Below are positions 12,723 through 25,866 of a stretch of 64,000 bases of DNA, in pieces. Position 1 is the stretch's first letter, and every line of letters begins with the position of its first letter. This DNA comes from Octopus sinensis. Lineage: Eukaryota. The DNA lies in NCBI RefSeq assembly GCF_006345805.1, contig NC_042997.1, forward strand, positions 118,110,001-118,174,000. Direction: 5' to 3'. A model generated the notes under the pieces. The model was not told where the DNA came from, searched no databases, and worked only from the letters and a program-made list of their open reading frames with translations. Made by a program: the position numbers and the translations under genes.

Positions 12723-12864
<142 letters not shown>

Positions 12865-13019
12865 ATGTAGAATACATACCTACGGACACACACACACTCA
12901 CACGCACACATGTGTAAAAGTATTAAAAATTACCGTTAGCAAATATGGATGTATAAACGCCCACGCGCAAGCTGCATACAAGCATCCGCGAAAATGTAAG
13001 CATACGTACACGTGAGGTT

Positions 13020-14925
13020 TGTTGCACTCATGATCATAAAGTGAGTTAAATAGCTACTTGGTGTTTATAAGCATGAGGTGGTTAAAAGTAAATTTAATTC
13101 ATCCACATCTTAAAGTAAATTATGTTGAGAGTTACTCAAAATCCATTCCCACTGCATTGTGCGAAAGTACATTTATATGCTTATAGGCATCTCGAGAATC
13201 TTTCAGAAATTCTATTAATGATCTCACTAGTCGACAGAATAGACAGAGATTCCTCGGAGCAGAGCCGGCATCTCCTGGAAATTATGTTGTATGGTTAAGT
13301 TATGAAGTATTTTATCCCCTTTCAGTCGCTATACAAAATCGGCCAAAGATGTTGAGTGTCTCTTATAGATTGTCTTAAAGCTGGTGATATGGTTGCAATA
13401 ACGACTTTTAAATGAATCAGCCGTCTGCCCATTGAGTGCACGGTACATTTATATACAAGATTCGTACTCATACAAAGATTCATCAATGGACATTTTGATT
13501 TTTCTCTGCATGAGCATTTATCGTATTTATTTGTATATAAAGCAGTTCCGACTCCATTGACCGACGTTGTTACCGTGTTAGCTGTATCAAAAGTATTTCT
13601 TCTATGACAATTTGGCCGTAATTGGTGTTTTTCATTGCGATTTACATCTCCTTTGCTAGTATTTAGATGCGTATGTACGCTAGATCCAGTAGGTGGGTTA
13701 TTGAACCTTTGTCGCATTTTGCTATTGTTTATGCGATACATAGTCTGCTCTAAATGAGCAGAGTTGGCGTAGGATTCCTGCACGAAACCCGCACGGTGTG
13801 CCGATTAGAAATAGCATGATATAGATTTAGGAAAACATTTGTCCAATGTAGCAAAAAACTTTCCAGTAATCTTGGTTGAAACATAAGAGGCGAAAATCGA
13901 GTTGAACCAGAGAACATTTAGATACCTATATCTGTTGTTAGGCTTATTTGATCAAGTGTGTTGTACAGGATTGGAACAATTTACAATGTTACAAGCAATT
14001 GGATTATTATGTTGCGTGTGTATATGAGTTTTCGTTGGTAGTTTCATGGTCTTGATCAATTCTTTCTGGTCTGTGTTCTCTATCGGAGTGAGTTCTCAAA
14101 CCGTGATGTTGTGATGGTGTACAATATGTATTACAATTGGAGGAATTACCAGTGTTGTGTATGCCTGCTTCTTGTATATATTGAATGTTTTTCACGGTAC
14201 CCAACCCTAGCTTAAGCAGCATTATAATAAGTTGCATATGATTCGAAAATTTAATTATTAGCGGGTAATGTAGAAATTCTTGTAGAAATATTCTTAACTA
14301 ATCCCCGTATTATCGAGGGTGGATGGTTAGATGCTGCATTAATGTATTTACTATGATCATTTGGCTTATGAAATGGTTCAAATAATCCAGTATTAAGACA
14401 AAAGGTAGCGTCAAGAAAATTCACTCGACGATAATCTTTACACTTAGTAATGTTTAGTCCTAATTTTTCCAAAAAATCTAAAGAAATTTTTCCTATGCTT
14501 TCCTAACTGTACTTTGCAACTTCTTTCCAGAAAAAATAAGGCGTCATCCCTATATAGACCTCCCTGTTACTTACAGAAAGGAAGACTGCATTAACCTGTA
14601 TTCCGACTAGGTCTGTGACCTGTGCAGAGTAATATGACCCCATTGCTTATCAAAACCATTCTTCCTATGTAATTTACTCCATGATCTACTATCAAAATCT
14701 ACTAAAGCGGCAAGTATAATATCCATTTCGCGTCGAAACAAATTGGAATTTCTCATGCTATAAATCAGGGCTTGATTAAGAACGATTGGGTTAATAGTGG
14801 CATAATAGCACTCTATATCTAGTTTCAAGAATTTACTAGTCTTACTAATTTCTAGAAGATTGAACTATTCAACCAGTTCTTGGGTATCAGACCAGAGAGC
14901 TAATAAAATTTTAGATTTGGTAGAC

Positions 14926-14971
<46 letters not shown>

Positions 14972-15900
14972 GTGTATGTGTGTGTTTGTATTTGTGTTTG
15001 TCCGCCCAACATCGCTTGAAAACCGATGCTGGTGTGTTTACGTCCCCGTAACTTAGCGGCTCGGCAAAATAGACTGATAGAATAAGTACTAGGCTTACAA
15101 AGAATAAGTCCTGGGTTCGATTTCTCGACTAAAGGCGGTGCTCCTGCATGGCCACAGTCAAATGACTGAAACAAGTAAAAGAGTAAGAGTAAAAAGATAT
15201 CGGATTTATAAGGACAAAACAATCTGAGGGTGTCAATAAGAAAGTTAGGCTTATGGTCCTTAAGCATAATCTAGGGATTTCAAGGGAGGTAGGGCTCGGT
15301 TCTGTCATCTATAGCTAAATCTCTAACGATTTGTAACCCTTTATTTTTAATTCTTTTTGAGATGTCGTTACTAACGTGTCTATATTTGTTGCGTAATTCC
15401 TTCCCAATCATGGACTTATATAATTCAATATCAAAAATGTAAATGTTACTTGTTTTCTCCGCTGGTTCAAGTATCCCCGGAGCTTTCTTGAAGTCGACAT
15501 GTAAGTTTCTGATTTTCTACTGATGTATATTTCACCTTCTAGGGTATTTCTTGAACTTAACGTTCTTAACCATACTATATAATTCCCCTTCAAATCTGGT
15601 TAGGTGTTGGTTATTCGGTGGGTTCCCCTTAGATCTGAATACTTTTCTTAGTAGGTCATTGTTATATCGCACGTTCCGATGACCTCTACTCAACCCCCGA
15701 CGTCTAGACTTCTCCCTCTATATCTACGTACTGGGCTAGCCTACTTCATCGTCTGGGGGCGTCCACACAACAGTCACCATGTTCAGGTTTGTCATTTGGT
15801 TTAAGTTCCTTCTCAAAGAAGAAAACTTTCCACTGCATTTAACGTACAAATAGGTTCGTTTTCTCCAAAAGACCACGTATATAATCCTTCCTACTGGGTG
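13020..15900 (-). mobile_element. Decayed Penelope-like retroelement (RT plus GIY-YIG), Naiad-like
   Basis: Minus strand gives KLDIECYYATI, GLYRDDAL (about 14535-14560), VNFLDATF..PFHKPND..YINAASNHPPSIIR, and the linker KCSCREKSKCPLMNLCMSTNLVYKCTV. It is frameshifted and interrupted by a SINE. The clade call is from memory of the Cys-rich linker. Confidence 0.8.
14914..15192 (+). mobile_element. SINE S2 3' half nested in the PLE
   Basis: gatttggtagacg, then (TG)n, then aacatcgcttga...catggccacagtcaaatgactgaaacaagtaaaagagtaagag. Confidence 0.9.
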
Positions 15901-16199
15901 GTATAGGTATATCGTTTAGCAAAACATCCAGCAAAACATCTTGGTACGCTACCTTATAGCCCCTTCCCCCCGGAAATCGGAAATTACTTGTGGTTATTGG
16001 ATAATAAAATGAATATTTTACACCTGGTAGCTTAGAGGTGAAGCACGAATACTTTCACAGTGATCGTTATGTATCTTAGAGGTTCCGAGAAGTAAGATAT
16101 TTTCAAACAACTAACAATTGAAGATGATCTGCATCGAAGTATGGGGGAGTTATTGTGGGGCCTTAATAAACCTTGGTTCACTGCTCAAGATAATCTCAA

Positions 16200-16900
16200 G
16201 CAGATCGATAAAGTGTATAGAGAAAGGAAAGTCTGAGGCCTCAGCAATTTGCAATAATTTGATAAAAACAAACGAACAAACATTTTTTCTTCGTCAAATC
16301 GTAACAGGCGATAAGAAACGTAAGAGGAAGTAGCTATCGCCAAATGGGAACCAAGTTCCGACACACGAGCCAGATCTATCCTAAAAGATGATTTTGCTTC
16401 GCGTTTTGTGGAATACAATATGTGCTGTTCAATTTGAAGTATTGGAATGAGGGAAAAACGTCATCGCAGAACTTATTCTGTCAACAACTTGAACATGTTA
16501 ATTAAGTTTTTAATTTTTGCTCATAAAAAAAAACAAAAACTCAAAGACCAACCAGCTTTAGTCAACAGAAAAGAAGTCATCCTGCAACAGTATAATGTAA
16601 CGACACCCTTAGAGAGGATAACCTAAGAAATGACGAATTCTTGAAGCAGGGAAGCTCTATCTCATCCTCCTTACCAGACCTAATGTCATCAGATTCTTAT
16701 TCTCACTTATTTAGATAACTCGAACACTTTTGGTGGAAAAAACACACAGAAAGAGGAATGATGTCGAAATAGCACTCCAAACATACTTATTTTCTAAAGA
16801 ATCTGTTTTTAAAAAATTTCTTGCTCGACGAATCAGAAAACTGGTTTCGAGCTGGGAAAATAATATATTACAAACGATGTTCATTATAGTTTGATTGAAT
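16200..16900 (+). mobile_element. Decayed mariner transposase remnant
   Basis: FLRQIVTGDKK, VILQQYN, LSHPPY..D...D and IRKLVSSWE motifs in broken frames. Confidence 0.7.
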
Positions 16901-17737
16901 ACATATATATGATATGTTTTATGCTGATCTGAAGTCATTACATCATATGCAACATTACTCATCGGTACCCCTAACATACATATATATTACTGACATTGCA
17001 CTTAAGTTATTTAGGAGTGTGTCCGTGTTTGCATGTTTGCGCGCGCGTGTTTGTAACAGTGTGTGTGTGCTTGCATGTGTAATTGATAGAAGAAGACAAG
17101 GAGGGAGGGGGAAAGATGGCCAGAAAGACCGATGTGACTAATACAACTCTTTAATCAACTAATTAGAACTATTGAGGTTGTGGAATGAGAATAAAATATT
17201 TAAACGAGAGACAGTCAAGCTGCTTTCTGAAGAATTACAATAAAACATCAAACACCCATAATTTATGTCCTACGCAGAAGATACCATTCTTCGCCTGAAT
17301 TTTTCCGCCAGTACAGCTTCGCCTACATTGCCTTTATTGCCGTTACGGTTATCATTGGATGAGATAAATGCCGAACGTTGCTGATATTTCAGTGTCATTT
17401 CGTTTAGCTCAGGTGAAAGTTTCTACGTTAAGGAACGGTTTTATGGATAATTTGAAGCTACTTATTGGTTGAGGTATGTAGGTAACAAATTATATTGTTC
17501 AGAAAATTACGGTAGATTAAATAGATTATGTTTTGGTATTACTACGATCAGAGTTTAACCCCTCGTTTCATTTAGAAGGTATAATAATGTATGTTCATCT
17601 TGAGACAAACTGTGTAGTGAATGCTGCAGTTTCTTTCAAAAGAACATAAGTGAAAGTGAAATTGCAGGGCTGGAATATTGCGTAAAATACAGAAACCGTA
17701 AAAATAAACATTAATACATACGTATGTGTGTATATAA

Positions 17738-17938
17738 GGCGGCGAACTGGCAGAATCGTTAACACGCCAGAAGAAAAGAAAGGTTAGCGGCATTTCGTCC
17801 GTCTTTACGCTCTGAGATCGACTTTACTTTTTATCTTTTCGGGGTCGATAAAATACGCACCAGTTGAGCATTTGGGTCAAAGTAATCGACACATTCCTAC
17901 ACGAACTTGCTGGCCTTGTACCAACATTTGAAACCAAC
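17738..17938 (+). mobile_element. SINE S1
   Basis: ggcggcgaactggcagaatcgttaacacgcc head and central domain, with the short-tail variant ggccttgtaccaacatttgaaacca. Confidence 0.85.
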
Positions 17939-18830
17939 ATGTATGTATGTATGTATGTATGTATGTATGTATGTATTATGTATGTATGTATGTTATGTAT
18001 GTATGTATGATGTATGTATGTGTGTATGTATGTATGTATGTGTGTATGTATGTATGTATGTATGTTGTATGTATGTATGTATGTATGTATGTGTGTATGT
18101 ATGTATGTGTGTGTATGTATGTTGTGTGTATGTATGTATGTATGTATTATGTATGTATGTATGTGTATGTATGTATGTATGTATTATGTATGTATGTATT
18201 ATGTATGTATGTATGTAGTATGTATGTATGTGTGTATGTATGTATGTATTATGTATGTATGTATTATGTATGTATGTATTATGTATGTATGTATGTATGT
18301 AGTATGTATGTATGTGTGTATGTATGTAGTGTGTATGTATGTATGTGTGTGTATGTATGTGTGTATGTATGTATGTATGTATGTATGTATGTGTATGTAT
18401 GTATGTGTGTATGTATGTATGTGTATGTATGTATGTTGTATGTGTGTATGTGTGTATGTGTGTATGTATGTAGTATGTATGTATGTGTGTATGTATGTAT
18501 GTATGTATGTATGTATGTATGTATGTATGTATGTGTGTGTATGTATGTATGTGTATGTATGTATGTGTGTGTATGTATGTATGTATGTGTGTATGTATGT
18601 ATTATGTATGTATGTATGTATGTGTGTATGTATGTATGTATGTATGTAGTATGTATGTATGTATGTGATGTATGTATGTATGTGTGATGTATGTATGTAT
18701 GTGTGTATGTTGTATGTGTGTATGTATGTATGTAATGTATGTATGTATGTATGTGTGTATGTATGTAGTATGTATGTATGTATGTCTGTATGCATGCATG
18801 TATGTATGTATGCATGCATGTATGTGTGTC
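17939..18830. repeat. About 0.9-kb degenerate (TATG)n compound microsatellite
   Basis: Direct reading. It explains all the MYVC/HTYI ORFs here. Confidence 0.97.
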
Positions 18831-19519
18831 TGTACGTTTGTATTTATGTATTTTGCATATTCATGTGTTTGTGTGTTCGTGTTTTTGTATTTTTTGCGTG
18901 TATGTTTGCATATATGTGTGTACGAGTGTGTTGTGTGTGCGTGTGTGTGTACCACCCTCTCCTTGTGTGTACATGTCTGAGTGTCTGTGTATGGGTTTTT
19001 TGACTATGTAGTGTGTCTGTATGTATGGATGTGTGTCTCTATATGTGTCCTCGTGTGAAGTGGAGTCTGTGTGTATAAGGTCACGTGTTTCAATCTTCGT
19101 TTGCGTATGTGTGTGAGTATGTGTGTAAGTATGTGTGCTTGTGTTCTCATATTACCTATGTACCTATCCGTCTGTATGTCTATCAGTTTACATTCATATC
19201 CATTTTACATATGCATATATATACTTATATGTATACATACACACACATACATGCATCTACACAAAACACGCGCACACACACATTTGAAAATAAAGATACA
19301 AAATAATGTTTTCACATAACAAATGTTTTTATGGAAAAGTCCTACTGTAAAAATATTAGTGAATATTTTCACAAGGTAAGTTTTATACACAAAAACGAGA
19401 AAAGTTTTCACATAGAAAAAGTTTACGTACAAAAATGTTTCGAATAAAAAACTTTTATTGAATAAAATTTTAGTCTGTGCTGTAACCGAAGGAGGTATTG
19501 CAGGGAAGGAAAATTAAAA

Positions 19520-19830
<311 letters not shown>

Positions 19831-22566
19831 GTTAAGACGCTAGAAGAGGCAATTAGAAGCGGCATCGCATCCGACGTTTTGGCGGCGAGGTTGGCCCTCG
19901 ACCAACACTTCAACACCAATCACGAAGGGCATGTTGTCAGAGCTAGGATGCGTGCTCTAAGGAACGAAGGTGTTGGACCGCGAGAGAGATGAACAGGGGC
20001 GCGAATTGCTCGAGCCAAGTCAAATGTTTGAGGCCTTTCAATAGCCTTTTGCCCGACTGTTCGGGTCGAGTGGCGGGCAAGAACGTAGGGTGAACTTCAG
20101 TGCCTACCTACACAGCCTACCACGACTCTCGCAAGAGAGGCAGGGCGCTGCGAAGGTGCCATCACGGCGGCGGAAGTGCAGGAAGCGATGGCAGAATGCT
20201 CGAGGGACAAATCGCCGGGTTTGGGTGGTCTACCCTACGAGCTTTACAGTTGTATGCCAGACTTGTTTGGAGACGTCTTGGCAGCGATGTACTGCAACTG
20301 GCAGCAAAACGGGAGCATTCCTGGTTTTGTGAGCCGAGGAGCTGTAACACTGCCGAAGAAAGATCTAAACAAGGGGGACCTAATAGATAACTTTAGGCCC
20401 ATCACTCTGCTTAATGCAGACTTAAAAATTTTGGCCAAGGTGTTAGCCAAGAGGTTGGCGCTTGTCATCGAGAAACTGGTCAACAAGGCGCAAACGTTCT
20501 CCGTGCCGGGCCGGAGCATCCATGACAACCTCCACCTGATGCGCTACATCATAGACAGGGTAGTTGACGAACCTGGCATGGGTGAGGCGCTGATCAATTT
20601 GGATCAATCGAAAGCTTTCGATAGGGTAGACCATCGATACTTAGAGGCTGTCCTCAGAGCGGCTGGTTTCGATCCCGTCATCCGCGGCTGGATAGCCGCT
20701 TTGTACAGAGGTATCCGTTCGGTAATTTGCGTAAATGGACATCTATCGAGACCTTTCGACGTTGCATGTTCGGTCCGTCAGGGATGCCCCCTCTCGTCGC
20801 TTCTCTACGCATTGACTCTCGAGCCATTATTCTGGAAGCTAGCAACTCAGGGGCATCCTGCGAGAATTGGGATGCGGGACGAGCGTGTATGCATATGCGG
20901 ACGACGTCACCGTCATAGTGTCTAGCCACGAGCACATCGAGCAGGTCGGCGAGACACTGAAAGACTACGAAGTGGTGACAGGAGCGAAAATCAACCGGGA
21001 AAAATGAGTGGGCTTACGACTCGGCACCTGGAGAAGCAAGCCCATGCCGTCCACCAGTGCCTCCTTCGTGGGATGCTGGAATGTTGGTCCGGTCGAGTTG
21101 CCCGGGGTCTGGTTTGGTCTGGACCTCCAAGTGGAGAACTGGAACGAGATAACGAGTAGGATGGTCACTCTCGCCAGGCAATGGGTTGAGCGGAAACTGT
21201 CCCTAAAAGGTCGGTGGAGGTGGTGAACTCGTACATAGCGTCTGTCATCTACTAACGCTAGACCGCCGTGCCTTGTTCCGACCCTACCATCAAAACTAGA
21301 ACGCATTCTCTTTCGCTTCTTGTGGAAAGGATGCGTCCCGATGGTCAGGCGATCCATTTGCTGTCAATACCCGTTAAAAGGAGGACTGGGCATACCGTGG
21401 TTGATGATGCGCAGACACGTCTACGTAGAGACTGCGACATCTCTGGCTCTACGTAGACGACGGTGAACAGGTGTGGGCATCGTTTGTGAGGCACGCTTTC
21501 CCGCAACTCGTCTCCATGACCGAACTGCTGTCGTGGATCTAAAAGAGGCCGAGAAAGGGCGAATGGCACCGCGAGTGTCGCGTTGCTCTCAAGCAACTAT
21601 GCCGTCCCGGGTCGACCTTGAGTGACTTCAACACAACCCAAGCATTCTATAGGGGATTAGTGGAGGGGAGGTACGACGATGAGATCGGGGCGAACCTGGA
21701 CGTCGACGAGGAATACCTGACTCGCCTGTTCAGGACGACTTTCGGGCCAGGGCCCATGGACAACTTCCTGAGATCCCTGGCTTGGCAGTGCTACCGAGAA
21801 GCGCTACCCGTTCGGGATAAGCTCTACAGACACGGCTCGAGAAACACGGGGCCGACCCAACCCCACGAGATGCGGTCAGAGCGACGAAAACGTGTCCAAC
21901 AATTTCCGACCTATGGGCCTATGTCGAACAACTGCTGTCACGTGTGGGACGAGTCGGTTTATCAGCCGAATGTATCATCAATATTGTCACACCTCCTTCC
22001 TTCAAACGGGAAGGAAGAGCTATTTTTATCATCCTTGCGGCTATGGCGAAAGAATGTAACTGGTGGACGCATCTGAAAGGATTGGAGACAAGCACGTTCC
22101 TCTCTGGTCAATCTCTCATCAACTTCAAGTATCACTTGAAAAGGAAAATGAGAGTAGAGAGGCAAGTTTTGTCTAGCGAATGTTTTAAAAAAAGATGAGT
22201 GAATGTAGCAAGGATGGCACGTATGAATGACGAAGCCACCTTGAGCATAATTCTATGAACCCGGAAATTTAAAACAGAGGGTTACCTACTTGCAAACAAA
22301 TGTGGTAACATGTAACAATATTGACCGAGGTTACCGTGGTCTTTTCCGTAGGCTTTTCTTCCCACGGATAAACCTTATCTGTTTCCCCCTTTACACCTAA
22401 CACCATGACACTGTGATACACGATCCCTATTGATCATTTTTTCTTCTTTCCCTTTTACGACCCCTTTTGATCGAAAACCTACCCCCTTTTTTATCCCTAA
22501 AAAGAAAAGCTCTTCTTTGTAATCTGTCCCGTCTGTGTGCAGCCCTGTGTGGCTAATAAAGAAACA
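19831..22566 (+). mobile_element. Tx1-like LINE, 5'-truncated copy B with frameshifted reverse transcriptase
   Basis: KSPGLGGLPYELY, NFRPITLLNADLKILAK, LDQSKAFDRVDH, SVRQGCPLS, and AYADDV in a shifted frame (about 20891-20908). Downstream it is colinear with copy A and has the same 3' terminus followed by (TATC)n. Confidence 0.93.
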
Positions 22567-22650
<84 letters not shown>

Positions 22651-22656
<6 letters not shown>

Positions 22657-23257
22657 GTGAATATTGTCGCGCCTCCTTCCTTGAAACGGGAAGGAAGAGT
22701 CATTTTCATCGTACTTGTAGCTATGGCGAAAGGATGTGTATGGTGGATATGTCTGAAAGGTCTAGAGACAAACACTTTCCTCTCTGGTCGATCTCTCATC
22801 AACTTCTTCAAGCATCACTTGAAGAGGAAGGTGAGAGTAGAGAGGCAAGTTTTGTCTCGTGAATGTTTCAAAAAATGATGGCTGAATGTAGCAAGGATGT
22901 CACGAATGAATGACAGAGTCAACTTGAGCATTATCCTATGAACCAAAAAAAAAAAAAAAACGAAACGAAAACAGAGTCATTTACTGTAATGTGTTTTCTT
23001 TTTGCATGACACTATTACCCAAGGTTCCCGTGGTCTTTTCCGTAGGCTTTTCAATCCACGGACAAACCTAATCTGTTTTCCCTATTTACATTGAAATTTC
23101 TGTGATACACGATCCCTATTGATCGTCCCCACTTTCATTTTCACGATCTCTTTTGATCGGAATTCAACCCACTCTTTTTTCTTTCTCTTCTTCCCCAAAA
23201 GAAAAGCTCTCCTTTGTATTTTGTCTCGTCTGTGTTCAGCCCTGCGTGGCCAATAAA
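22651..23257 (+). mobile_element. Tx1-like LINE, short 5'-truncated copy C
   Basis: [30 protein letters not shown], a homologous 3' UTR, and the terminus gccctgcgtggccaataaa. (TATC)n on both sides. Confidence 0.92.
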
Positions 23258-23264
23258 TCTATCA

Positions 23265-23378
<114 letters not shown>

Positions 23379-23629
23379 GCAGCCGTGCCGCGTGAACGCA
23401 CACAGGCCTTAGAAGGCACGAATGCTTCTGATACTATAACCACTGGCTCCACCACTGCTACCACCACTACCACAACTTCACGATCGTTAGCTCGATTCTT
23501 TTTTAGGCACATGGCCTTTATAAAGAGGGGACACCACAAGGACAGACAAAACAAGACATTGGGGTTCATATAAAACACATATCGAATGGATTATGACTAC
23601 GATAAAAAATGAGGATGAAATGGCGACGC

Positions 23630-23802
23630 TCTAACCACTGAGCCATGCACCTACACACACACACGCATATACGACGGGCATTTTTCAGCATCCGTCTACC
23701 AAATCCACTCACAAGGCTTAAGTAGAAGACACTTGCACAAGGTGCCACGCAGTGGGACTGAACCCGGAACCATGTGGTTCTTACCACACAGCCACTCCTG
23801 CG

Positions 23803-23805
<3 letters not shown>
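23630..23805 (-). mobile_element. SINE S2 5' half
   Basis: Reverse complement of ggcgcaggagtggctgtgtggtaag..ttccgggttcagtcccactgcgtggcacctt..gatttggtagacgg. Confidence 0.88.
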
Positions 23806-23854
<49 letters not shown>

Positions 23855-23857
<3 letters not shown>

Positions 23858-24243
23858 TGCCCGCAGGGGCTAAACATAGAGGGGACAAACAAGGACAAAG
23901 AGTTTAATTCGATAACATCGACCCCAGTGCGTAACTGGTACTTATATAATCGACTACGAAAGGATGAAAGGCAAAGTCAACCTCGGCAGAATTTGAACTC
24001 GGAATATAAAGACAGACGAAATACCTATTTGTTTACTACCCACAAGGGGCTAAACACAGAGAGGACAAACGGAGTAAGTCGATTACATCGACCCCAGTTT
24101 GTAACTGGTACTTATTTAATCGACGCCGAAAGGATGAAAGGCAAAGTCGACCTCGGCGGAATTTGAACTCAGAACGTAACGATAGACGAAATTCCGCTAA
24201 GCATTTCGCCCGGCGCGCTAACGTTTCTGCCAGCTCGCCGCCT
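23855..24243 (-). mobile_element. SINE S1 with duplicated body
   Basis: Reverse complement of the head at 24243, with two body/tail units. Confidence 0.9.
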
Positions 24244-24523
24244 TCAAATATATATATATACATACATATATATACACATATACATGTATAACTTACGAAA
24301 CTCTCGGCCTTTGAGCCAAGAAGTAGGTTCTGCTACATGTTCATAAAAATTAAGGACAAGCACAAACAAACATACACACACATACACAAGCACACAAATA
24401 CATATACATAAGCACACATACATCTGTGTGCATATAGTGTGAATTTTATCCTTATCTGTATATCTATATTCTTTTTGGGAATAATGACTTCCGAAACACC
24501 TTACTTTTAAGCTATAAATAACG

Positions 24524-24570
<47 letters not shown>

Positions 24571-24877
24571 ACACACACACACACACACATACACACATAC
24601 ACGCACACACACACATACATACATACATATCTATATATATATATACATTTCCTCCACACACATACACATACACACATACATATGTATACATGCATACGTA
24701 AATGTATAACTCATATATTTGTGTGTGTGTGTATATATATTTATATATACAGCAAAATTTAGATTCAAATGAATATGGTACTTAATTTAGATGCACCAGA
24801 ATTTTGTACGGTGTTATCCATATAAATCCATGGGTTGATTATAATCAAAATAAGCAACAAGGATAGGTCCGGTAATT

Positions 24878-24961
24878 TGGTACGATCGTTTCGCACTACA
24901 TCATTTTATTAAATGTTGTAAGTATTACAACAATTTTAAAATACTGAGCACTCATCAGCCA
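24878..24961 (-). ncRNA. Type I hammerhead ribozyme motif
   Basis: Minus strand tgg-CTGATGA-gtgct..(long stem II)..agtgc-GAAA-cgatcg-TA-cca. Confidence 0.8.
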
Positions 24962-25596
24962 TTGATAGAGGTTTTCCATTAATATATAATTTTCATATCA
25001 AGTGGTAACATTATAGAGAAGGTAGATATATAGACAAAGATGTGGATTTAAATTTTAAGAACATTTGAGGTAGTGGAGCCCATCAACTGACTGACTAAAA
25101 TTCAATTGCTCCGAACTACTGCAAGGTTCTGAGAGGAAAGAACAAATGAAAGGAGACAACAAAGATTTTCTATTTATAGAAATGGGGTGAAAGAGATGTC
25201 AGAGTTCCATATAAAGGAATTTATGTAGAGAACATGATTGTCACACTACAATGCCAATTACTACTATTTGGTGAACAGATTTGGTATTAGGAAAACAAGG
25301 TCAATGTCAAGTGGTCACAATAACACTCACAGAGAATGCAGAGACCTTATAAAACAATGCACATCAACACAACAATTAGCTTATAGGTTCCCAGTACTAT
25401 GACACGTTGGATTAAAGGAAAAAATATAGATCTAAAATTTATTCAATTTAGAGAAAAGACTATCACTTATTATGAGTAAGCATAATACTTATTAAATGGG
25501 GAAAAAGTCTTATTAATCAAAGTCTTATTAATCTACCTTCTCTATAATGTTACCACTTGATATGAAAATTATGCATTAATGGAAAACCTCTATCAA

Positions 25597-25680
25597 TGGC
25601 TGATGAGTGCTCAGCATTTTAAAACTGTTGTAATACTTACAACATTTAATAAAATGATGTAGTGCGAAACGATCGTACCA
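25597..25680 (+). ncRNA. Type I hammerhead ribozyme motif
   Basis: tgg-CTGATGA-gtgct..tgttgtaa tac ttacaaca..agtgc-GAAA-cgatcg-TA-cca. GUA cleavage triplet and palindromic stem III. Confidence 0.82.
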
Positions 25681-25705
25681 AATTACCGGAGTTATTCTTG
25701 TTGCT

Positions 25706-25747
<42 letters not shown>

Positions 25748-25803
25748 TATATATATTTATATTATAACGATCTATCTCTACAGGAAAACATGCGTACATA
25801 CAA

Positions 25804-25866
<63 letters not shown>

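Larger units (their letters stand above)
24750..25710. mobile_element. PLE-derived element with inverted pseudo-LTRs, each carrying a hammerhead
   Basis: 24847-25027 is the reverse complement of 25531-25710. The element is flanked by (TA)n. Confidence 0.8.
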
